Part shown: piece after piece, positions 25,345-38,370 of the stretch
Position numbering within the stretch: the first letter of the stretch is position 1
How the letters are laid out: every line of letters begins with the position of its first letter
NCBI RefSeq assembly: GCF_963921235.1
Contig: NC_086097.1
Coordinates: forward strand, 68,946,001 to 69,010,000
Direction: 5' to 3'
Origin: Mobula hypostoma
Taxonomy: Eukaryota
Length of the DNA: 64,000 nucleotides
The notes under the pieces: generated by a model
What the model was told of the DNA's origin: nothing
Seen by the model: the letters and a program-made list of their open reading frames with translations, nothing else
The model's database searches: none
Position numbers and translations under genes: made by a program

Positions 25345-28300
25345 TCACATAAGACTATAAGATGTAGGAGCAGAATTAAGCCATTAGGCCCATCGAGACT
25401 GTTCCGCCATTCCATCATGACTGATTTATTATCCCTCTCAACCCTATTCTCTTGCCTCCTTCCCAGGTGAGCTGAAATCAGTGTGAAAGTTCATTTGTTG
25501 GTGACGCAGCATGAGGTTTTAAAAGAGCTTTCTGCTCTTTTTGGGAGGCCGAAATCAGTGCAGGGACAATAAAAAGAAGGGAGGTGTAAGCAGAGTGGCC
25601 ATTGTGTGAGAGGGCCATTGTTAGAGTGGTCAGGCTTTGGCTCAACAGGCTTAGGTGAGAAAAGGCTTGAGCAAGCACAGGCGGGGGATCTCTATAAGTA
25701 AATAATAAGGGTTTCAGTAAGTATCTTTCTGTTAGTACATAGCTAGTGTGCTGAGAATGGGTCTGGACAAAGTGGTATATTCTTTGCAGGAGATGTGGGA
25801 ACTCAGGAAGACCTCCAGTGTCCCTGATAACTACAGCTGCATGAACTGCACCAAGTTAAGAGACCATGTTAAGGAATAGGAGTTACAGTTGAATAACCTT
25901 CAGCTCATACAGGAAAATGAGGAGGTGACAGGTAGGAGCTTGAGAGAGGTAGTCACCACAGATTTCAGGAGGAAGGTACCTGGGTGACTATCAGGGGACA
26001 GAAAGTGAATAGGCAGCCAGTGCAGAGTACCCCCATAGCCATTCCTCTCAATTATAAGTATTCCGCATTGGATACTGTAGGGAGGGACGATCTATCCGTG
26101 GAAACTGCAGCAACCAGGTCTCTGGCACTGAGTATGGATCTCTGGCTTGAAAGAAAAGGGGGGCTGGGGGTGGGGGAGAAGAGGAGTGTAGTAGTCACAG
26201 GAGGTTCCATAATTAGAGGAGCAGAAAGCAGATTCTGTGGATGTGAGACACCCAGATGTTATGTTACCTCCCAGGTGTGCCACAGTCAAGGGTATCTCGG
26301 ATCAGGTCCACAGAATTCTAAAGGAGGAGGGTGAACAGCCGGAAGTTATAGTACATATTGGTACCAGTGACATAGGTCAGAAAAGGGAGGAGGTCCTGAA
26401 GAGACAATGCAGAGAGCTGAGCAGAAAGCTAAAAAGCAGGGTCTCCATAGTAATCTCTGGGTGCTGCCTGTGCTAGGCACCAGTGAGGGTAAGAATAGGA
26501 TGATTTGGTGCAGGGGGCAGGATTTCAGTTTTCTAGATCATTGGGATCTCTTCTGGGGAAGGATGGGTTACTCCTGAACCCAATGGGGACAATGATCCTT
26601 GCAGGCAGGTTCATTAGAGCTGTGAGGGAGGGTTTAAATGAAATTGGCAGGGGAATGGGAACCAGAGTGACAGGGCTGAGGATGGGATAGTTGGTATACA
26701 AATAGATGCAGTGTGCAATGAGACTGTGAAGGACAGACAGATGACAGGGAAAAACTGCAATGAGTGGAATTAAAGTGTAACAGATGCCAACATTGAAAAG
26801 GCTGATGAATGTAGAACTGAAGGTGTTATATCTGAATGCACACAGCATACGGAATATAGTAGACGATCTTGTAGCACAGTTTGAGATCAGCAGCTATGAC
26901 GTTGTGTGCATCTCTGAGTCGTGGCTGAAAGGAGAACATAGTTGGGAGCTTAACATCCAAGGATACAGATTGTACTGAAAGGCAGCTGGTAAGCAGAGGG
27001 GGGGTACAGTGGCTCTGTTGGTAAAAAAAAATGAAATTAAGTCCTTAGAAAGAGGTGACATAGGATTGGAAAATGTAGAACCCTTGTGGATAGAGTTAGG
27101 AAATTGCAAGAGTAAAAAAAAAGTGATAGGAGTTACATACAGACCTCCAAACAGTAGCCAGAATGTGGGATATAAATTACAAAGGCATGTATAAAGGGCA
27201 ATATTGCAATTATCATGGGGAGATTTCAAAATGAAGGTAGATTGGGAAAATCAGGTTGATGCTAGATCCCAAGAGAGGGAATTTGTAGAATGTCTATGAG
27301 GTGGCTTGCTAGAACAGCTTGTGTTTGAGCCCACTATGGGAACAGCAATTCTGGATGTAATGACCCAGATTTGATTAGGGAGCTTAAGGTAAAGGAACCT
27401 TAGGAGTCAGCGATTCACCCTGCAGTTTGAAGAGGAGAAGCTAAAATCAGATGAATCCGTTTTACAATGGAGTAAAGGGAATTACAGAAGCATAAGAGAG
27501 AAGCTAACCAAAGTTGAACAGAAGGGAATATTAGCAGGGACAACAGCAGACCAGCAAAGGTTGGTGTTTCTGGGGGAAATTCAGAAGGCGCAGTAAAGAT
27601 ACATCCTAAAGATGAAAAGATATTCTAAAGGGAGGATGAGGCAATCGTGGTTGACAATGGATGTCAAAGACAGCATAAGAGCAAAAGAGAGGGTATATAA
27701 TATTGCAAAAATTAGTGGGAAAGTAGAGGATTGGGAAGATTTTAAAAATCAAAAGGCGGCAACTAAAAAGCCATAAAGAGAGAAAAGATGAAATGTAAAG
27801 GTAAGCTAACAAATAATATAAAAGATGATACAGTAAGTTTTTTCAGATAGATAAAGAGTGAAAGAGAGATGAGAATGGATATTAGACTGCTGGAAAATGA
27901 TACTGGAGAGGTAGTAATGAGAGACAAAGAATGACAAACTTAGTAAGTATTTTGTATCAGATTTCACTGTGTAAGACCCTAGCAGAATGCCAGAAATGCA
28001 CAAGTATTGGAGCAGAAGTGAATGTCGTTGCCATTACTAAGGAGAAGGTGCTTGGGAAGCTGAAAAGTCTGAAGGTAGACGGGTCAGCTAGACCAAACAG
28101 ATACATCCCAGATTTCTGAAAGAGGTAGCTGAAGATATTGTGAAGGCATTAGTAATGATCTTTCAAGACTCATTAGATTCCGGAATGGTCTGGAAGAGTG
28201 GAAAATTGCAACTATCATTGCACTTTTTAATAAGGGAAGGAGGGAGGGAGGCTAGACAAAGGAAATTATAGGCCAGTTAGCCTGACCTCAGTGGCTGGAA

Positions 28301-30275
28301 AGATGCTGGAGTCTATTATTAATGATGAGAGTTTGAGTAATTGGAAGCACATGATAAAATAGGCCAAAGTCACCATTATTTTCTGAAGGGAAAATCTTGC
28401 CTGAAAAATCTGTTGGAATTCTTTGAGGAAATAACAGGCAGGATAGACATCAGAGACTCAGTAGATGTTGGTTATTTGGATTTTCAGAAGAACTTTGATT
28501 AAGTGCTGCACATGAGGCTGCTTAACAAGATAAGATCATGTGGTGTTACAGGAAAGGTAGTAGTATGGAGAGAGGATTGGCTGACTGGCAACAGGCAAAG
28601 AATGGGAGGCAGGAGGCAAAAGATGGGAATAAAGGAGGCATTTTTCTGGTTGGCTGCAAGGAATAGTGGTGTGCCACAGGGGTCAGTGTTGAGACCGTTT
28701 ATTTTCACGTTAAACAGTATGTCAATGATTTGGATGAGGAAATTGATGGCTTTGTGGCCAGGTTTGTGGATGATACGAAAATAGGTGGAGGGGCTGGTAG
28801 TGCTGAGGAAGTAGAGTGTTTGCAAAAGGACTTAGACAGATTGGGGGAATGGGCAAAGGAGTGGCAGATGGAATATAGTGTAGGGAAGTGCATGGTCATA
28901 CACTTTGGAAGAAGAAATAAAGGCTTGATCTTTTTTCAAGATGGGGAGGAAATTCAAAAATCAAAGATACCAAGAGACCTGAGAGTCCTCACACCAGATT
29001 CCCTAAAGGTTGAGTCAGTGGGAAGGAAAGCAAAAACAATGTTAGCATTCATTTTCAGAGGACTAGAATACAAAAACAAGCATGTTATGCTGGGGCTTTA
29101 TAAGGCATTGGTCAGACCACACTTGGAGTGTTGTATGCATTTTCAACCACTTATTTAAGAAAAGGTGTAGTGGTATTGGAGAGGGTTCAGAGGAGATACT
29201 TGAGAATGATACCAGAAATGAAAGGGTTAACATATGAGGAGTGTTGGATGGCTTGGGGCATGTACTTGCTGGAGTTTAGAAGAATGAGGGGCATCTCATC
29301 CAAACCTATTGAATATTGAAAGGCTTAAATAGAGTGAATGTGAAGAGGATGCTTCCAATATTAGGGGAGTCTAGGACCAGAGTGCACAGCCTCATATTAG
29401 AGGGATGTGCATTTAAAACAGGAATAAGGTAACATTTCTTTATCCAGAGGCTGGTGAATCTATGGAGTTCATTGCCACAGACAGTTATCGGTGTATTTAA
29501 AGTGGAGGTGGATAGGTTCTTAATGAAATCGAGTATCAAGAGTTACAGGAAGAGAGGGCAGGAGTATGGTTGACAGGGATAATAAATCAGCCATGATGGC
29601 ATGGTGGGTAGACTCAGTAGGCCAAATGGCCTAATACTGCTTCTATGTCTTATGGTAACCTTTGACACCCTGACTAAACAAGAACGTATCAACCTCTGGT
29701 TCCACACTCATCCCCCGTAGGAAGCATCCTCTCCATATCTACTCTGTCTAGGCCTTTTAATATTCAGTAGGCTTCAATGAGATCCCCTCTAGTTCTTCTA
29801 AACTCCAGTGAGTACAAACCCAGAGCCATCAAGTGCTCCTCATATGTTAACCCTTTCACTCTTGGAATCATTTCTGTGAACTTCCTCAGGATGCTCTCCA
29901 ATGCCAGCACATCTTTTCTAAGAGAAGGGGCCCAAGACTGCTCACAATACCCCAAGTGCAGTCTGACCAATACTATAAAGTGCCTCATCATTACATCTGT
30001 GCTTTTATATTCTACTCCTCTTGAAATGAATGCTCACATTGTATTTGCCTTTCTTGCCACCAGCTTGACCTGCAGGTTAACCTTTAAGGAAACCTGCAGA
30101 ACGGTGCCCGAGTCCTTTTACACATCTGATTACTGAATTGGCTCTATCTTCGTATTGTCCGCAAAGCCATCAATTCCGTCATCCAAATCCTTGACATATA
30201 ATGTGAAAAGAAGCAGTCCCAACACCATTAGTCACTGGCAGTCAACCAGAAAAGACCTTCTTAATTCCCACTTTT
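25345..30275 (-). mobile_element. Minus-strand CR1 3' fragment split by a plus-strand CR1 (pieces 25345-25464 and 29657-30275)
   Basis: ...cttgcctccttccc joins gtaacctttgacaccctgact across the insertion. RT C-terminal remnant in ORF 29764-29991. Confidence 0.75.
25465..29656 (+). mobile_element. Near full-length decayed CR1 LINE (5'UTR, esterase ORF1, APE-RT ORF2)
   Basis: VIVHIGTSDI, LKVLYLNAHSIRN..ISESWL, GVTYRPPNS, SGVPQGSVL, RFVDDTKIGG, tail ctgcttctatgtcttatgg. Confidence 0.9.
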
Positions 30276-30584
30276 TTCCTCAGTATTTGCACAAACTGAC
30301 CCTTTTTGAAATAAGGAATATTTACAGAGTATTTACAGATTTAATTTATTTCCATGCTTTCCAAGGTGTTTTAAACTTCCCAAAGTGATATGATATTCTT
30401 GACTTATGGGAAGTGTTAATTTGTAACCCAGTTCAGTAGAGTCATGTGCTGCTTCTTCCACGGTCTCCACCAGATCAGCCTCTAGAATGCCAATCTTCAG
30501 CATTCTCATCGATGTCCCTTGCATTAAGTGGCTTTTAATTTACCTGTTTTCACAAGTTATCTCTTTGTAGCTTTGACACTTTTC

Positions 30585-31840
30585 ATGGTATCAAGGACAT
30601 CTTCAAAAGGCGGTGCTCCAAAAAGGTGCATTTGTCATTAAGGACCCCAATCATACAGGATATGCCCTCTTCTCGTTGCTACCATTAAGGAGGAGACAGA
30701 GGAGCCTTTGTGGCTAGGTACAGCTAAAATGCCATCTATAAATTTGCTGATTTATTGTTGTCAGGATTTCAGATGGTGATGAGGGGGTGTACAGGAGCGA
30801 GATTGATCATCTGGTTGAGTGCTGTCACAACAATAACTTTGCACTCAACATCAGTACAACCAAAGAATAGGTTGTGTTCAAGAAGGGGAAGCTGTGAGAA
30901 CAAATACCAATCGTCATCAAGGGGTGATGGTGACATCGACTCAGACCTGAGAGGCCAGCATCGGGCATTTTCATGCCTTACAAGGCGCAGTTCCAAAGGC
31001 TATGTGAGGTGCCACTCCTCGCAGTACTATTTTACGAGGCCAAGTTGCAAGCTCGACATCAACCTGGTGTGGATGGAGAGCGTGCATGGGGGCGGTCTGT
31101 CACTAGATCGAACTCGGGAACCTCTGTTCTCGAGCCTGGCGCTGATGTCACTGCGCCACCAGCCGACCAATTCTCATCGAGGGATCAGCAGTGGAAAGGG
31201 TGAGCAGTTTCAAGTTCCTAGGTGTTAACACCTCTGAAGATCTATCCTGGGCCCAACATATTGACACAACAGCAGCTATATTTCATTCAGAGTTTGAGGA
31301 GACTTGGTATGTCACCAAAGACTCTCACAAATTTGTACAGATGCTCCATGGAGAGTATTCAAACTGGTTGCATCACTATCTGGCATGGAGGGGCCACTGC
31401 GCAGGTTTGAAATAAGCTGCAGAAAGTTGTAAATTTAGTCAGCTCCATCAACTTTGGCAAGCTCCTATAGACGTGTGGTGGAGAGTATATAGACTGGCTG
31501 CATCATAGTATGGAAACACTAATACCCTTGAACGGAAAATCCTACAAAAAGTAGTGGATATAGCCCAGTCCATCACGGGTAAAGCCCTCCCCACCATTGA
31601 GCACATCTACATGATGCTTCATCGCAGGAAAGCAGCATCCATCATCAGGGACCCAAACCACCCAGGACATTCCCTCTTCTCGCTGCTGCCATCCAGAACA
31701 GTTACTACCCCTCAACCATCAGGCTCTTGAACCAAAGGGGATAATCTCACTTGCCCCATCATTGAAGTGTTCCCACAACCTACAGACTCACTTCTAGGGG
31801 TTCTTCACCTCATGTTCTCGATATTTATTGCTTATTTATT
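30585..31840 (+). mobile_element. Rex1/Babar LINE fragments, interrupted by a SINE
   Basis: ERVSSFKFLGV..EDLSW and LTNLYRCSMESIQTGCITIWHG motifs. Confidence 0.75.
30924..31168 (-). mobile_element. tRNA-derived SINE
   Basis: Minus strand starts ggtcggctggTGGCGCAGTGacatc..., B-box-like GAGTTCGATC. Degenerate 15-bp TSD (30909-30923 vs 31169-31183, 12/15 identical). Confidence 0.75.
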
Positions 31841-31939
31841 GCAGATCCCCCTCTAAACCTTTCCTATTCATGTACCAGTCAAAATGTCAGTTTTTGCACA
31901 TGCACCAACCACCTCCTCTGGCAGCTTGTTTCATGTATA

Positions 31940-33140
31940 AGACCATAAGATAGAGCAGCAGAATTGGGCCATTTGGCCCATCAAGTCTGCGCCGTCATCT
32001 CATCATGGCTGATCCATTTTCCCTCTCAGCCCCAATCTCCTGCCTTCTCCCCATATCTCTTCCTGCCCTGACTAATCAAGAATCTATCAATCTCTGCCTT
32101 AAATATACTCAATGATTTGGCCTCCACAGCTGCCTGTGGCAACAAATTCCACAGATTCACCACTCTCTGGCTAAAGAAAATCCTTTTCATCTCCATTCTA
32201 AAAGGATGCCCCACCATTCTGAGGCTGTGTCCTCTGATCCTAGATTCTCCCACCATAGGAATCATCCTCTCCACATCCACTCCATTGAGGCCTTTCAAAT
32301 TTTGATATGTTTCAATTAGATCATCCCTCAGTCCTCTAAATTCCAATGAATACAGTTCCAGAGCCTTCAAACACTCTTCATATGACAAGCCATTCAATCC
32401 TGGAATCATTTTCGTGAACTTCCTTTGAACCCTCTCCAGTGTCAGCACATCCTCTCTAAGATGAGGGGCCCAGAACTGCTCACAATACTCCAAGTGAGGT
32501 CTCACCAGTGCTTTATAAAGCCTAAGCATTACATCCTTGCTTTTGTATTCTAGCCCTCTAGAAATGAAAGCTAACATTACATTTACCTTCCTCACCGCAG
32601 ACTCAACCTGCAAATTAACCTTTAGGGAATCCTGCAAAAGACTCCCAAGTCCCTTTGAACCAGAGATTTTTGAATTTTCTCTCCATTTAGAAAATAATCT
32701 ACCCTTTCTCCTACCAAAGTGCATGACTATAAACTTCCCAACACTGTATTCCATCTTCACTTCGTTGCCCATTCTCCTAATCCCTACTGTAGTCTCTCTA
32801 CTTTCTCAGAACTACCTGGCCCTCCACCCATCTTTGTATCGTCTGCAAACTTTGCAACAAAGCCATAAATCCTGCCATCCAAGTCATTGGCATATAACGT
32901 AAAAAGAAACGATCCCAACACAGACCTCTGTGGAATACCACTAGTCACCGGCAGCCAACTAGAAAAAGCTCCCTTTATTCCTACTCTTTGCCTCCTACCA
33001 ATTAGCCACTGTTTTTTCCATGCTAATATCTTTTCTGTAATACCATTGCCTCATAGCTTGCTAAGCAGCCTCATATGTGGCACCTTATCAGAGGCCTTCG
33101 GAAAATCCAAGTACACAACATCCATCAATTCTTTTTTATC
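31940..33140 (-). mobile_element. 5'-truncated CR1 LINE
   Basis: 248-aa ORF with RT C-terminus (YKALVRPHLEYCEQFWAPHL...FFSQRVVNLWNLLP) and tail tcttatggtctta. Confidence 0.9.
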
Positions 33141-34146
33141 TAGCTGAAGTACAGTATGTACTGTTGTTTGTGTAAAAATAGCACCTTCAAGTCCCAATCA
33201 AATTATTCCCCTCTCATGCCTTTTCATTCTTGATTCCATGAATCTGGGGGGAAAACGTTGTGTGCATTCACCATATCCTTGCCCCTCACGATGTTGTAAA
33301 CCTCTAGAAGATCATCCTCAGTTTTCTACACTTCAAGGAATAAAGCCCTAACCCGCCCAATCTTTCATGTTATCTGGGACACATATTGACCTCAGCAGAA
33401 ATGCTTATCCATTCCTTTACTCCCTACTGCCCAACATTTGGTCATGCCCTCATCACTATATCTGAATGTAGCCATGATCGAACTTTACCCAGATATTGTC
33501 ACACAATGCCTAATTCATTGCCTAAGCTACAAAGAAAGGCTTTACATAAAATAGTATTGATTTCCATCATCAAATGGGCAGTAGGTGGGGGACAGCAATG
33601 TATCAGGTCCTTAACCAGTTTTGACACATACGCACTTGCCTGACATAATGAAGAAGAGGAAATAGGAGTAGCACATCTGATTTCCCTCTCCCTAATGAGA
33701 ATATTTAGACGTAAATAATAGTTCACTCTTACTGGAGTAGCTATGATGAGCTAATTCAACACAGGCTAGAGAATTAATTGGGACTTCCTGGAGTTCAAAG
33801 CCTTCACACCAAATAAGATAAAATTTATTCATTTAGAGCAAGAGTGGCTTAATATGCTGCCATTGTAATACTCTGTTGAAATATAACCATTTTAGCCTAA
33901 TATTGAGCAATACTGTTGGTGATTATTAAGAAGTCCATATCAAGAATTCTAAGAAGCCATTCTAGATTATTAAAAATGAATTTTATCCAGCAGGGATTTT
34001 ATCGAACCTGTGTGTAGATTTAAATCAATTTTTTTTAAAGCATATATGTATGCTAACAATAACCACAGTACATTTCAAATTTAATTCATTGGCTGTGAAG
34101 AGTTTTGGGATATCCCATGGAAAGAAAGGTACATTATAAGAATACT

Positions 34147-34361
34147 CATAAAAGTTGCTGGTGAACGCAGCAGGCCAGGCAGCATCTCTAGGAAGAGGTG
34201 CAGTCGACGTTTCAGGCCGAGATCCGTCCTGACGAAGGGTCTCGGCCTGAAACGTCGACTGCACCTCTTCCTAGAGATGCTGCCTGGCCTGCTGCGTTCA
34301 CCAGCAACTTTTATGTGTGTTGCTTGAATTTCCAGCATCTGTAGAATTCCTGTTGTTTGCG
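34147..34361 (+). mobile_element. Penelope-like terminal-repeat insertion with an inverted 5' copy (fold-back)
   Basis: 76-bp perfect inverted repeat (34147-34222 / 34240-34315) and an exact 13-bp TSD ttataagaatact (34134-34146, 34362-34374). Confidence 0.9.
34226..34259 (+). ncRNA. Minimal type-I hammerhead ribozyme motif
   Basis: GTC-CTGACGA-A-GGG-TCTCGG-CCT-GAAA-C-GTC-GAC. Stem I GTC/GAC, predicted cleavage after 34256. Confidence 0.7.
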
Positions 34362-36064
34362 TTATAAGAATACTTTTCTTTTCCTTTCAATAAATACAAA
34401 TTGTTAATGGTCATTTTTTTTCTCTCTAGCTGAATGCCAACCATCAATTTGAAGACTTCTAATTGGATGTGACATCTATGTAATTCATCCCACCTACTCA
34501 TCTTACAGAGTCCATTTTTCCCATTATCATTAAAAATCTATAGCCTTTCTACTTTCTTCACTGCACCATGGTTACCACTGGAGTAAGTTCAATAGAAGGC
34601 CACCTCTGTAGGAAACTAGAAAAAAATTATTTCAGCCCCAAATTCTCCAGCCTGCATCATTGTGCAATTACCAGACTTTTTTACAGAGGCTGACCAACAT
34701 TGATGCTTTATTAATATGGTTTAAACTATCTGCATTCAAGTAATGGCACAGCCATATTTTTCACAGTAACATTTGTTTGGTTTAATTAAGATCATCATCT
34801 CTGTGAAATATGTAACCTGACATTTTAATTACTATTCTAATGACACTAACATATGAACTAAGCAATGCTTCAAAAACATTCAGCTGCCAATAAAAGTATA
34901 AAGGCAGCAAACTTTTTCTTTGTTAGTAGCAATATAGCTAATTCTGTTTTCTTTATGCTCACTTGCACTCCGATTGATGTATTCTTCAGCTGATTCCACT
35001 GTATAAGGAGACAGAATATGCAGCTCCAGAAAATATAATGGTTTTATTTCTGCAATAAAAGTTTTAATTAATCCTTCATACAGACATATGATGGCCATAA
35101 GAATTCCTTAGAGGGTGACAAACAGTATCAGAGGGACAATTTATTCAATATAAACACTAAATAGCAATATGGCACAACATCCAAAATCCAGTATTTGTAG
35201 CAATTGTCTTTCAGAAACATATTTCATTCGCCTACAGGACAATTTAGCACCAATGTGGTCTATAAATAGTGCCTACATTTTATTTATTGAGATTGCATCG
35301 GAGTGTTTTATTATTTAGTCATTTTTGTTGGCACTTCAGAGCACATTTCCTAGTTTCACGAACTCTCCAACATTCATTAGATTTCTCAGTATCATGTCAA
35401 CCTGTTTACAATTATGTTCGACATTTTTAGCATCTGTGTTATCATTACTTTCCCTAAAACTATGAAACATATAGACTATCTTGAATACCGTTACAAGCAA
35501 AATATTTGGTGAAGAGAAAAGACCTTGAGCACAGTATTTGTGGCCTTTTGAAATAATAAGTACTTTGGTATTACTATGCAAAGAAAGGCAGAATTAAGGG
35601 AAGTTATTGGTCTTCAAGGAATAAAGACCGCCAAATAACGTCAAAGAAAGAGTATGCTCCACCCAGTATGAAAAGGGAGTCCAAATTTTTAGCTAGTGCC
35701 TCGGGATATTTTCATTTCACATGAGAATCAAAAACAGATGAGAAAAGTATAAGTTTCTCCATTTGTTCATCTGGTAGAGGAATGAAGTAAGCTAGTGCCA
35801 CATGTATAAATAAGTAAGAAGTATTTTCTAAAATCACCTTCACAGCTATGCTCAACCATTGGCCCGCTAATTCTATACACTTTGCCACATGATCACACAA
35901 GTTTATTCAATGAGCAAACATCCGTCAATTCTTCTATTTACTTCCTAAACCAGTAGTTAGTTGAATGGGCAAAGATTACATCATAAAGAATTCATGTGCT
36001 ACAGATGTGGTTAGAATTCAAAATGTACTTAATTGGGTGTAAAATGCATTGGGGTGTCTTGAGG

Positions 36065-38370
36065 TATCAAACAGGCTCCAGAGCAGGGGTTCCCAATGTT
36101 TTTCATGCCGTGGACCAACACCATTAAGCCAGTGGTCTGTGGACCCGGGTTAGGAACCCCTTCTCTAGATGAACTGAGTGATGTGATGAACAGGAATAAA
36201 ACAGCACAGCCTGATGCTTCCCCAATCACGCTGGGGGATTTTAACCAGGCCAGCTTGAAAAAGTATCTAAATAATTTGCACCAACATATCACTTGTAGAA
36301 CCAGAGGAGCCAACACACTGGACCACTGTTACACTACCTACAAGAATGCTTACTCTGCCATCCTATGCCCACACTTTGGAAAGTCTGATCAACTGGCTGT
36401 ACTTCTACTCCCTGAGTATAGGCAGAGACTGAAGACCACAGCACCAGCAGAGGGGACCAAGAAGGTACAGCCAAGGGAGGCAGAGGAGTGCTTACAGGAC
36501 TGTTTTGAGTTGGTGGACTGCACAGTATTCAGGGACTGATCTTCGAGACTGAATGAACATGCCATAGTTGTCACTGACTCCGTTAAGATCTGTGTAGTTG
36601 AGTGTATACCTACAAGAACATACCGTAGATATCAGAATCAAAAGCCATGGATACGCCTGGAGATTTGTAGTCTGTTGAGAGCTAGATCTGTGGCATTCAA
36701 CACTGGTGATCCAGGACTATACAAGAAGGCCAGGTACAACATACAGAGGGCTATCTTAAGAACAATTCTGATTGATGTTAGAGGTGGAATCGGATGCACA
36801 TCAGCTCTGGCAGGGTTTTTCAGGCCATTATTTCCTACAAAGCGAAACCTAGCTTCATGAATGCAGCGATGCTTCACTGCCACATAAGCTCAATGCCTTT
36901 TAGGCACACTTTGAAAGGGAGAATAAAACTACAGCTATGAAGATTCCTGCAGCATTTGGTGACCCCATGATCTCTGTCTCAGAAAATGACATCAGAACAC
37001 CTTTCAAGAGGGTGGACCCTAGCAAGGAGACAGTCCTAATGGTGTACCTGGTAGGGCTCTGAAGACCTGTGCCAACCAACTGGCAGGTGTATTCAGAGAC
37101 ATTTCAATCTCTCATTGCTATAGTCGGAATTGACCACCAGCTTCAAAAGGGCAAGAAATCACACCGGTGCCCAAGAAGTGTAGGGTGGTATGATTACCGT
37201 CCATACCACTCTTATCTATGGTGATGAAGTTTGACAGGTTGGTTATGGCTAGATGCTGTTTTTTTGACTACAGCTCAGTGTTTAACACAATCATTCCTAC
37301 AGTTCTGATCAAAACCTCCAAAACTTGGGCCCCCGTACCTCCCTCTGCAACTGGATCATTGACTTCATCACCCAAAGACCATGGTCTGTACAGATTGAAA
37401 ATAACATCTCCACCTTGCTGATAATCAGCACTGGTGCACCTCAAAGATGTGTGCTTAGCCAACTGCTCTACTCTCTCTGTATCCATAACTGTGTGGCTAG
37501 GCACTGCTGAAATGCTATCTACTATCGTTGGCAGAATTTCAGATGGTGACGAGAAGCCTACAGGAGTGAGATAGATTGGCTGGTTGAGAGATGTGGCAGC
37601 AACAACATTGTACTCAACATCAGTAAGTCCAAAGAATTGATTGTGGACTTCAGAAAGGGTAAGGCAAGGAAACACACACCAGTCCTCATCAAGAGATCGG
37701 AAGTGGAAAAGGTGAGCAATTTCAAGTTCCTGGATGTCAACTTCTCTGAGCGTCTGCCTGGGCCCCACATATTGATGCAACCACAAAGAAGGCACAACAG
37801 CAGCTTTATTTCATTATCAGCTTGAGGAGATTTGGTATATCAACAAAAACACGTGCAAATTTCTCAGAAATGTACCATGGAGAGCAGTTTAACTGGTGGC
37901 ATCACCGTCTGGTATGGCGGGAGGGGGTGGGGTTCTACTGCGTAGGATCAAAATAAGCTGTAGAAAATTATAAACTCAGTCAGCTCCATCATGGGCACCA
38001 GCCTCACTAGCATCCAGGACATCTTCAAGGAGCGATGCCTCAAAATGGCAGCATCCATCATTAAGGTCACCATTCACCCAGGCCATGCCCTCTTCTCTTT
38101 GCTACCATCAGGGTGGTGATACAGGAGCCTGAAGGCACACTCAATTTCTTCTCCTCTGCCATCCAATTTCTGAATGGACATTTAACCCATGAATGCTACC
38201 TCAATACTCTTTTTTCTCTTTTTGCACTATGTATTTAATTGAACTCTTTTAATATATATATTTCTTACTACAATTTACGGTTTTTATTATTATATATTGC
38301 AATGTATTGCTGTCACATAACAACAAACTTCACGACATACGCCGGTGATATTAAACCTGATTCTGATTCA
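36065..38370 (+). mobile_element. Rex1/Babar LINE, decayed
   Basis: Endonuclease ITLGDFNQ..TRGANTLDHCY..HFGKSD, RT remnants (DYSSVFNTIIP, STGAPQ, IVDFRK), tail aaacctgattctgatt. Confidence 0.85.
36084..36162. mobile_element. 79-bp hAT (Charlie-type) MITE
   Basis: TIRs caggggttcccaa / ttaggaacccctt. 8-bp TSD ctccagag / ctctagat, an NTCTAGAN-like target. Confidence 0.8.

Noticed and set aside
31090..31168. tRNA gene
   Set aside because: No convincing cloverleaf. It is a SINE head inside a TSD-flanked insertion.
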